Below are positions 23,871 to 31,747 of a DNA stretch of 31,747 nt, piece by piece. The stretch's first letter is position 1; every line of letters starts with the position of its first letter. The DNA comes from an uncultured Candidatus Peribacteria bacterium (GTDB lineage Bacteria; Patescibacteriota; Gracilibacteria; UBA1369; JABINC01). The notes under the pieces are model-generated. The model worked only from the letters and a program-made list of their open reading frames with translations. It made no database searches and had not been told where the DNA came from. A program made the position numbers and the translations under genes. The stretch covers positions 1 through 31,747 of the forward strand of contig CAYHQD010000002.1 of assembly GCA_964358905.1 (NCBI GenBank), in the 5' to 3' direction.

Positions 23871-25979
23871 CTATTTTACTGCTCCTTTCGCTCGGTACAC
23901 TATATCAACTATGATGAATGAGGCAAGGATAAAGAACCAAACTTCGGGACCCGTGTTTGGTGTCGCAGAAGGGAGTTCTTCGAGTACGATCGGTTCTCCA
24001 AGGCTCGCAGGCAATGCGCCGGCGGGAGCCAGAGGGATCGCAGAAAGCAGTTCGCTCATCGGACCTGCGTTACCTTCCGAGTCTATGGCTTGCATACCGA
24101 AATAATAGGTCTGATCGTTTTCAAGATTCGGTACATACCATGTGGTGCTTGAGTCACGCGTCGTTGTTTCCAAGTATAGTCCTTCGGGGTTGAATCCGTA
24201 GGAAATTTTGTATGCGGTGATGTAGGTGTTGTCTTCCGCCGCGGCCCATGTCAGGGTCACTTTTTGGTCACTCGGTACTGCGGTGATTTCCGTCACTTGC
24301 GTAGGCAGGCTCACTAAAGCTTTGACTGCGAATTCGGTTTGCTTAAGAAGACCTGTTTCATTGCCGACGTTATCTTTGAGTATGAGGTCTACGGTATATG
24401 TGCCGGGTGTACTGTCCGCGTTGAAGGTGCCTGTGTACGTGCCTTCTTCACCGAGTACTTCCGCGAGTTCCACAGAGCGATTGTTGATGAGAATGGTCAC
24501 TTCGGAGAGCCCAGCTTCCGACACGAGCTTTGCCTGTACTTCGCTTCCCGGCTCGATGTCGGTTAGCGGTTCCATGGTGAAAGACGTCATGAGGGGAGGT
24601 GTATTGTCGAGTGAGAAGGCGATACGGTCGGATTCACTCACTATCTGTCCGTCGGCATTCAATGCGGCTACATAGAGTACATGTGCGCCATCTTTCAGCG
24701 TGGAGAGCGACGTTTCGAAATTGCCGTTAGTATCGCTTTTTATCTCCGCGATTCGTGCAGTGCCTTCAAGTACCTGAAGTGACGTGTCCGGCAGAGCTGT
24801 GCCGCTCAGTTTGATAGTGTCGGATTTATATATGCCTTCGGCTGGAGAAGTGATTTTTATGATAGTTTGCACCGCCGGTGCAGAGGGTACTCCAGGTGCG
24901 ACTTCGAGTTCCAACTCTCCTTTGAGTTCGATATTGGTCGTATCGTTTACACTGAGGATATGAGTGCCCTGCGATTTAAATGTTACGCCGAGAGAAAATT
25001 CATGTACGCCGAGGTCATCCGTAGTGAAGGTGTAATCCTCCGGCAGAATCGCATTGTCGTCCGTGGAGCTGAAACGAATCGTACCCATGTAGTTCGGGAC
25101 GGTGTTGCCCAGTTCATCGACTGCGCTCACGGTTGCGGACATACTTTCATTACTCTTTTTTATATTGCCATCCATATCTATTACAAATTCGTACAAGGTA
25201 CCTGGTTCTCCCACACTTGAGAGGAAGATACTCGCATCATCGTAGTAATTTCCGTAGGAGTAAGAAGGCAGTTCTATATTTTCCCCGCCGAGTGCTTTTT
25301 TATCGGCGGAAAGAAATGCGATGCGCGCGCGTGCAGAGATGGTCATATCTTCGGTGAGGTCGAGGGCGCTGAGAGAGCTCATACCCTCTTCCTCGGAACG
25401 TACGAGGAAGGAAATCGTGCCTTCATCATCGGTATATGGCAATGAGGAAAGCAACTGGACTTCGTCTTCCGCTCTGCTCGAAAGCAGTTTGACGGTATGA
25501 CCCTTGATCGGGTTGAGGTAATTATCCACGAGTTTCACATGTGCGACTATATTTTCAAACGAGCCCGCTTCAGCGGTTTTTCTATCCGTCTCTATGAGTG
25601 ACTTTGTCACGGAGAGTTCTCCCGGGAATACACTGAATGAACAGGCGTTTTGCATTTCACCTGCACTCTCACTCACACGAGCGGACAGTGAATATTCTCC
25701 TGCACGGAGGGTGTGATACTCCGGAATTTCCATACGTATTTTCCCGTTCTTGTCGCTCGTTTCGTCGAAGGAGATAGTTTTCCCCGTCGGTGAAGTAAGC
25801 ATCATACTGAGGTCGACGTTCTTTAGTGTATTGACCGAAATTTCCATCGGAAGTCCGGCTATGGTGTTTTCACACTCCATCTCAACTCCGTTTTCCGCTA
25901 CGCCAAATACTGTCCCGGTCATTATCGTGAGACTCGCAATTATCGAAAATATACTTAATGCAATCGTTTTTGTTTTCAT
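23871..25979 (-). CDS. Surface protein with Ig-like (Big_1-type) and fibronectin type III domains and a C-terminal PxTG-TM-basic sorting-like tail
   Basis: Signal peptide; VKLVDNYLNPIKG and TDDEG (invasin-like Ig); VTLTWAAA...ITAYKISYG...YYFGMQAID (FN3); tail TPNTGPE + TM + RAK. Confidence 0.8.
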   Translation of the reverse strand: MKTKTIALSIFSIIASLTIMTGTVFGVAENGVEMECENTIAGLPMEISVNTLKNVDLSMMLTSPTGKTISFDETSDKNGKIRMEIPEYHTLRAGEYSLSARVSESAGEMQNACSFSVFPGELSVTKSLIETDRKTAEAGSFENIVAHVKLVDNYLNPIKGHTVKLLSSRAEDEVQLLSSLPYTDDEGTISFLVRSEEEGMSSLSALDLTEDMTISARARIAFLSADKKALGGENIELPSYSYGNYYDDASIFLSSVGEPGTLYEFVIDMDGNIKKSNESMSATVSAVDELGNTVPNYMGTIRFSSTDDNAILPEDYTFTTDDLGVHEFSLGVTFKSQGTHILSVNDTTNIELKGELELEVAPGVPSAPAVQTIIKITSPAEGIYKSDTIKLSGTALPDTSLQVLEGTARIAEIKSDTNGNFETSLSTLKDGAHVLYVAALNADGQIVSESDRIAFSLDNTPPLMTSFTMEPLTDIEPGSEVQAKLVSEAGLSEVTILINNRSVELAEVLGEEGTYTGTFNADSTPGTYTVDLILKDNVGNETGLLKQTEFAVKALVSLPTQVTEITAVPSDQKVTLTWAAAEDNTYITAYKISYGFNPEGLYLETTTRDSSTTWYVPNLENDQTYYFGMQAIDSEGNAGPMSELLSAIPLAPAGALPASLGEPIVLEELPSATPNTGPEVWFFILASFIIVDIVYRAKGAVK

Positions 25980-26003
25980 TTTGTTTATTTTGGCTTTCGC
26001 TTC

Positions 26004-26032
26004 AGTATAGCATGTATCTTGCCTGTATTCAA
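26004..26032 (-). promoter_or_regulatory. Putative extended -10 promoter of the FN3/Ig surface protein
   Basis: TTGAAT-N17-TATACT with TG(C) extension, 24 nt upstream of ATG 25979. Confidence 0.65.
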
Positions 26033-26097
26033 AAGACGAAGTGATGCCAGGGTATCAAAGCGTATCCAAGTCAAGCAATTTCTCAAGGAAATTTCTC

Positions 26098-27192
26098 TTA
26101 CTTGTACTTCAAAATCATGAGACTCATATCGTCATCTTGTATATGCCCTTCGAGGAAGTTTGAGAAATGTTTCGAGATTTCTTCAAATAAGAGAGAAGAA
26201 GTTTCCAGCCGCCCGTATTTTTGAGTGATTTCTTGAATGCGTTTAAGACCGTATAATTCGCCCCTCGGATTTTCACCTTCGCTTACGCCGTCGGTGTAAA
26301 GCACCAAGGTGTCGCCTTTTTCAAAACGAATTTCAGTCTCCTTCAGCAATGCGGTATTGTCCGGAACCATGCCGAGTGCGATACCGCCGGAAGGAAATAC
26401 ATCACATGTGCCTGTTTTTTGACGAAAGATTATGACGTGTTCATGTCCAGCACCGCAGTAGAAAAGTTTTTCTGTTTTTTTCTCCCAGCGAAACATCACC
26501 ATGGTCATGAACATGGTCGCGGAGAGTTTCGGTTCGAGATACTTATTTGTATTGATCAGGACGTCTTTGGTATTCATACCTTTATCTATGAATGTATCGA
26601 GCAGGGTATCCACCATAATCATCACAAGTCCCGCGGGTACGCCGTGGCCGGTTACGTCTCCTATGTAAAAAAATAGATTCTCTTCGGTCTCCATGAAGTC
26701 GAAGCTGTCACCGCCGATTTCTTCCGCTGGTTTGGTCTTTGCCACTATGTCGAGGTCGGGGATTTGAGGGGCAGCTTTCGGCAGGAGGTTTTGCTGGATT
26801 TGATGGGCGACATCGAGTTCTTTTGAAATGCGTTTGTGCTCGGTGAGGTCGTGGGAGATGCGCTCCAGGTTTTGCGTGATCTCATTGAAAAAATGTCCTA
26901 TGACACCGATCTCATCCATGCGCTTCGTGTATACTCTGCGGTAGCGTTTGCCGGTGAGGAGAGCTTTCATTTCATGCATAATTTTTTGTATGGGATGAAT
27001 AAATTCGACATACATGAAAAGGAGGTAGAGGAGTGAGATGCCTGCGGTAATCATGACGGCCATTTTGAGCGGCACGGATACGATATCAAATGTATGAAGC
27101 GCGAAAAAAGTTCCCGCACCGAGTGCGCCGACGATCAGTACATGCAGGATGATCTTTTTTACGAGACTGTTTTTGAGAAAATATAGACTCAT
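26098..27192 (-). CDS. SpoIIE/RsbU-type PP2C phosphatase with two TMs and a HAMP domain
   Basis: DEIGVIGHFFN (HAMP), IGGDSFDF, IGDVTGHG, LYTDGVSE, DDMSLMIL. Confidence 0.92.
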   Translation of the reverse strand: MSLYFLKNSLVKKIILHVLIVGALGAGTFFALHTFDIVSVPLKMAVMITAGISLLYLLFMYVEFIHPIQKIMHEMKALLTGKRYRRVYTKRMDEIGVIGHFFNEITQNLERISHDLTEHKRISKELDVAHQIQQNLLPKAAPQIPDLDIVAKTKPAEEIGGDSFDFMETEENLFFYIGDVTGHGVPAGLVMIMVDTLLDTFIDKGMNTKDVLINTNKYLEPKLSATMFMTMVMFRWEKKTEKLFYCGAGHEHVIIFRQKTGTCDVFPSGGIALGMVPDNTALLKETEIRFEKGDTLVLYTDGVSEGENPRGELYGLKRIQEITQKYGRLETSSLLFEEISKHFSNFLEGHIQDDDMSLMILKYK

Positions 27193-29708
27193 ACGGTTGA
27201 AGCATTATGAATGCGGGTGAGAGGGGTCGACTCGCGCGCGCGTAAAATTTCATTTACTTGTACCATTTCCTTTTCTTTTCGCAGGACGCGGTAGAAATGC
27301 CTGAGTGTCTCGAGAGTATCTGTTTCGAGTTCTGCAAATGTTGCCGCACTATTTTCCAGAAGCAGGTGGTGGATGCGTTCGCTCACCTCGTGTTGGAGTG
27401 CAGTCATAAACGTGTGAAGGTAATGTTCTGAAAGAAGCGCGTGGTCTATGTGTTCGGCCGCCGCTTCGAAATGCATTTTGCTTCGAAGGAGCGTCTCAAC
27501 CAACTGATGGATGGATTTTTCATCTTCGAGGCGCATGAGTGTAAGGAGTGCGGTGAGATGAATTTGCTCGTCTATGTGTGAGATAAGCGCGCGCACACGT
27601 GAAGTACATCCTTTTAGATTTAGTGCGCCTATGGTGTGTAAGACGGGTATCAATTTTTGCGGTTGCAAGACATATTTTGAGAGAAGTGCATGCAGTTCTC
27701 TTTTTATGAGTGTCTTGTATTTTGCAGTGTGCCACAGAGCTTCCATGGCAGCGCAGCGAATGTCGGTATCATGTGACGAGAATAGACGCGTCAGAGAGCG
27801 TAGGAGACGCGGCTCATTAAAAAGCGAGAGTGCGCGTATACAGTCGCGTTTGAGAATATGGCTTCCGTTTTCTATATTGTGTTGTAAGAAGGAAACCGTG
27901 TCGTGCGGACTCAAATGCGCCATGATCTTAATCATGTCTTTTTTGGTTTCAGACGGCAACTCTTGTGCGAAGAGATGTGTCAGTATTTCGAATATGTCAT
28001 GGATGACAAAAATATCATCACGTCTTTGGTGATAATGTTCCGCGAATTTGAGAAGAGTGTGAACCGATGCTTTTTGGATCGGTTGCGAATTGCATTTCAG
28101 TCCGGCCGCTACGACGTTGAGTATCGTTGGATCATCGTAGGATGCGAGACTGTGCAGAGCTTTGATGCGTACGATTTCTTCTTCAAGGGGATTTTTTGCG
28201 GTGTCTATCAAGAGCGGTATGACTTCATCATGCCCCTTCTGTCCCAGTACTTCTATGGCGGTCAGTTTATCCACGGTGGTGCTGATGGTGGTGAGCGCTT
28301 TTTTGCTTATTTTCGTATAGTCGTGTTGCAGGTGATAAATGATGCCGGCCATCACTGCGGTGAATGACAGCATGGTGATATTGAGTGCGAAGGTGATGCC
28401 CTCTTCTTTCAATATGTACTCGTAGAAGAGAATAAATATGGTGCCGATGAGGGCGCCGCACGGTACGACGATGCCCTCTATGAATTCTTTGACTTCTTCA
28501 CGTACCTCCTCTTTAAGCGAGTAGTAGGTGGAGAGATAGGCGTTTTGAAAAATCGCTCGGCCCACTTCAAATCCTGTCTTTGAGAGGAGCGCCGTGGAGA
28601 GATTGAATCTCAAGGTCATGACGGAAAAATTGGCGAGCATGAGGATGGGGTGGAGGAGCAAACTGTAGATGATGCCAAATTTTGTCATCACGCGTTCCGC
28701 AACGAATATGTGGGAGAAGAGTGCGAAAAAGTTGACGATCAGCTGGAATATACCGAGAGTATACGCGAGTTTTTTTTCATGCGTGGACACAGTTGCCGCT
28801 TTCACTTCCGGATTCTGTGTCTCATACTCTATGGAAGCCAGGTATATGCCATGATCGGTTTCCTGTGCCAGTGTGTGTTCCGGCGCATTTAAAATATCTT
28901 GTTGGATCGCTTTGGTGTATTGAAATTCCACCAGATTAAAAATGATGAATTGGAGCAGGATGATTGCCATAATACCCCAGAGAAAACGTGTTTTTTTCAC
29001 CTCCGCCCAGCTTTCTTCTATGCGCTGTAATTTGCCAATATGACGAAGTGCTCCCATTAATTTTTTATGCACTGCTACCGGTGCGAGATCGTGATATTTG
29101 TTTTTGAAGTATCCGATAGTTGGGATTATGACGAGCGATGCGATAACCAGGATGTAAAGAAATTTATAAGGCGGGATAATTGTACCCAGCAAGGTGAGAA
29201 GTAAACCGGCGCCTATACCTCCGACTATTTCCGCTGTCTCGATAATTGGGAATGCATGTTCGCTTTCCAGCGGACTGAACATATCTTCGATGAAGAGCTG
29301 GAGCAGGATGTGCACTTGTCCCAAAAATAAACTTATGCCGATGAGGGTGGTGATGAGGAACGCAGTTTCATGTCGCGGCAGTATGAATGTGACTGACACA
29401 AATATGATTGCGGCGGCGATGAGGAGATTGCTGATGATTAAAATTTCTTTGCGTATATATCGAACCAGCTCGGAAAAGATGATGCTTCCGCACATCATCA
29501 AAATTGCGTTGCCCACAAAAAGATATGGTAGAGATTCGATACCTATACGGTTGACGAAGATGGCGGTGAGTACCGTCCAACCCAGGATGAAACTCAGGCG
29601 GTATAAAAAGTTCACCGTCCATGACATGGCGAGTCGGCTCTGCATGCCCACCTCGCTTCTCAGGGTTTCTTTCATATGTCTGCCGAATTGGACGTGTGAA
29701 AATAACAT
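27189..29708 (-). CDS. MFS/Npt(TLC)-like multi-pass transporter fused to HEAT repeats
   Basis: About 460 aa with roughly 12 hydrophobic segments, followed by helical HEAT-like repeats (VRIKALHSLA, IRCAAMEALW). Substrate unknown. Confidence 0.65.
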   Translation of the reverse strand: MLFSHVQFGRHMKETLRSEVGMQSRLAMSWTVNFLYRLSFILGWTVLTAIFVNRIGIESLPYLFVGNAILMMCGSIIFSELVRYIRKEILIISNLLIAAAIIFVSVTFILPRHETAFLITTLIGISLFLGQVHILLQLFIEDMFSPLESEHAFPIIETAEIVGGIGAGLLLTLLGTIIPPYKFLYILVIASLVIIPTIGYFKNKYHDLAPVAVHKKLMGALRHIGKLQRIEESWAEVKKTRFLWGIMAIILLQFIIFNLVEFQYTKAIQQDILNAPEHTLAQETDHGIYLASIEYETQNPEVKAATVSTHEKKLAYTLGIFQLIVNFFALFSHIFVAERVMTKFGIIYSLLLHPILMLANFSVMTLRFNLSTALLSKTGFEVGRAIFQNAYLSTYYSLKEEVREEVKEFIEGIVVPCGALIGTIFILFYEYILKEEGITFALNITMLSFTAVMAGIIYHLQHDYTKISKKALTTISTTVDKLTAIEVLGQKGHDEVIPLLIDTAKNPLEEEIVRIKALHSLASYDDPTILNVVAAGLKCNSQPIQKASVHTLLKFAEHYHQRRDDIFVIHDIFEILTHLFAQELPSETKKDMIKIMAHLSPHDTVSFLQHNIENGSHILKRDCIRALSLFNEPRLLRSLTRLFSSHDTDIRCAAMEALWHTAKYKTLIKRELHALLSKYVLQPQKLIPVLHTIGALNLKGCTSRVRALISHIDEQIHLTALLTLMRLEDEKSIHQLVETLLRSKMHFEAAAEHIDHALLSEHYLHTFMTALQHEVSERIHHLLLENSAATFAELETDTLETLRHFYRVLRKEKEMVQVNEILRARESTPLTRIHNASTV

Positions 29709-29774
29709 TACTTTTCTTTCTTCTTAAAAATCTATATAGTATAGCAGAAAAATGGCTTCTATAAAAGTCTTTAC

Positions 29775-31382
29775 GTGACTTCATCACAATTGTACAAGAG
29801 TGCGGCGATTCTCGGCGTATCCTCGCTATTCAGCCGCATACTCGGGGTACTGCGCGATCACCTGCTTGCACGATATTTTGGGGCGGGCGGGGAAGGAATT
29901 TATAACTTGGATGTCTACTACGGGGCGTTTCGCATACCGGATTTTGTATACGGGCTTCTCGTCATGGGTACGGTGTCCGCGGCATTTATACCGGTACTTA
30001 CACAAGTGATGAAAAGCGCAAAAGGCAATGACGAACATTATGTAAATCGTTTCATTTCCAATGTCCTTACCTTGCTTACGGCGCTTACGTTTTTGGTCGC
30101 GCTGATCGGATTTGTCTTTGCTCCACAGCTTGTGGCGATATTGGTTCCAGGTTTTGATGGTGAAACATCTGCTCTTACGGTGACGCTTACGCGTATTATG
30201 CTTTTGTCGCCCATTTTTTTCTGTGTGAGTTCCGTATTCCAAGCGATCCAAAATGCGAAAAATTTATTTCTGTATTACGCGCTCGCACCGCTTTTTTATA
30301 ATCTCGGTATCATCGCGGGTATCGTATTTTTTGGACGTGAATATGGTGTGTATGCGGTGGCGGGAGGGGTCGTGATAGGGGCTCTGCTTCATATGTTGGT
30401 CCAATTACCGGGTGTGAAGATGGCCGGCTTTACCTACCGTTTTGTATTCGATGCGAAGGACGAATTTATCTGGCGTATGTGGCGGCTTTTTTTGCCGCGC
30501 GTGGTCGGCACGTCGGTGACGCAGATCAATCTTATCTTTGATACCCTCGTCGCTTCACTTCTGCCGCTTGGCAGTATCACCGTTCTCAATTATGCCGTAA
30601 ATTTGAGCAGTTTGCCGCTGGGATTGATCGGTGTTTCTTTTGCGGTGGCATCGTTTGCCACACTTTCACAGATCGGCGCAGATACGTTGGGTGCGAAAGA
30701 TCCATTTTCCAAGGAAGAAAAGTCGGCGCAATTTGCCGCCGAACTTCGCAAGGTGATACGGAGCGTGTGTTATTTTCTTTTTCCGATGGTCGTGGGACTT
30801 TTTGTCCTGCGCTATGAGGTGGTTGATGTGATTTTACGCAGTGGCGAGTTTTCGAGTGAGGCGGCGGTGAAAACGGCCGGCGTGTTTGGCGTGATGCTGA
30901 TCGGGGTCATAGGGCAGAGTCTTTTGCCACTTTTTTCGCGCGCATTTTATGCGCTTCACAACACCGTTATCCCCGTCGTCGTAAGTGTTTCCGCCGTGGT
31001 GATCAATCTGGGTTTGAATTTTTATCTGGGTATCAACCTTGGATATGGGGTCTACGGTATAGCGGTTGCTTCTGCGTTTTCCACTCTCCTCGGTATGATC
31101 GTGCTGATGCTTCTTCTGCGTAGCAAGTATTTAAATACATACGCCTTCATACCGTGGGGACATATCGGTATCATTCTCGTTTCTGCGCTTATCATGGGAG
31201 TTAGCGTATGGTTTTTGAAACAGATGTTTTTTGATTTACTTTCCCTCAATGTCATCACAAAATTGCTCGCACTGGGGGTAAGCAGTTATCTGGGTGCGAT
31301 CTTGTACTACCTCTTGTGTCGTCCTAAAGTCTTCGAAGAATCGAAACTACTTCGCCGCTTGCTTATTGGCTTCACCAAATGA
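29775..31382 (+). CDS. murJ: Lipid II flippase MurJ (MviN)
   Basis: SRILGVLRD, FRIPD...G.VSAAFIP, YAVNLSSLPLG, RAFYALHNT. Confidence 0.95.
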   Translation: MTSSQLYKSAAILGVSSLFSRILGVLRDHLLARYFGAGGEGIYNLDVYYGAFRIPDFVYGLLVMGTVSAAFIPVLTQVMKSAKGNDEHYVNRFISNVLTLLTALTFLVALIGFVFAPQLVAILVPGFDGETSALTVTLTRIMLLSPIFFCVSSVFQAIQNAKNLFLYYALAPLFYNLGIIAGIVFFGREYGVYAVAGGVVIGALLHMLVQLPGVKMAGFTYRFVFDAKDEFIWRMWRLFLPRVVGTSVTQINLIFDTLVASLLPLGSITVLNYAVNLSSLPLGLIGVSFAVASFATLSQIGADTLGAKDPFSKEEKSAQFAAELRKVIRSVCYFLFPMVVGLFVLRYEVVDVILRSGEFSSEAAVKTAGVFGVMLIGVIGQSLLPLFSRAFYALHNTVIPVVVSVSAVVINLGLNFYLGINLGYGVYGIAVASAFSTLLGMIVLMLLLRSKYLNTYAFIPWGHIGIILVSALIMGVSVWFLKQMFFDLLSLNVITKLLALGVSSYLGAILYYLLCRPKVFEESKLLRRLLIGFTK

Positions 31383-31715
31383 TTTAATAGCCTCCTCTTC
31401 TGGTATCGGTTTGCCGGAACTTCCATCATCTATTTCGGTGGGCACTTCAAAGTTGAATGGTTCGTTGGTTGGTTCTGTCAGTTCAATTGGCATCGGTGCG
31501 GCCGTAACGGGTGTTTCTGTGTCAGGAGTAACTTCGGTGGTTCCGTTTGCGAAAAGTGATGCAACGCCTTCCCGTACCTCTTCTGATAAACTTGCGATGA
31601 GAGTGGCGGCGAGAAGTAACGCTAAGGCAAGAGGCGCATTTGAAGGGCTTTCTCTTTTTTCTCCGGGGAGAGTAAGTCGCTTTTGCTTGGCACAGAATGG
31701 TGAGAGGATAGCCAT
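31347..31715 (-). CDS. Hypothetical protein with one hydrophobic segment and a Pro/Thr/Glu-rich tail; may start beyond the window
   Basis: The frame stays open from 31715 to the window edge; 36-bp convergent overlap with murJ. Confidence 0.4.
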   Translation of the reverse strand: MAILSPFCAKQKRLTLPGEKRESPSNAPLALALLLAATLIASLSEEVREGVASLFANGTTEVTPDTETPVTAAPMPIELTEPTNEPFNFEVPTEIDDGSSGKPIPEEEAIKSFGEANKQAAK

Positions 31716-31747
31716 AGGATTTTTCGTGTTGGGTAGTTCGAGTCTAC

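Overview
Gene-dense bacterial chromosomal window using the standard genetic code (TGA serves as stop). There are many short gene overlaps, and I saw no integrase, transposase or CRISPR array. Gene content and style suggest a monoderm, probably CPR/Patescibacteria-type organism; this is inference only. Left part, minus strand: a compact Tad/Flp pilus operon (DUF192, a flp pilin missed by the ORF track, tadE, tadG-like, cpaB, cpaE, tadA, tadB, tadC). It is followed by a 952-aa membrane-anchored protein with a repetitive stalk and a polymorphic-toxin-like C-terminal tip, a candidate immunity gene, rlmE and the 5' part of fumC (also missed by the ORF track). The rest holds a VirD4/TraG-like ATPase with an LCP transferase, two different CAT-anticodon tRNAs sharing an almost identical 3' trailer, a TMEM43-like gene, an ECF sigma/anti-sigma pair, two large surface proteins, ftsB-like, murC, cysS, yggT, an Npt/MFS-HEAT protein coupled to a PP2C phosphatase, and murJ. 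The most notable candidate system is the Tad-adjacent stalked toxin and immunity pair.
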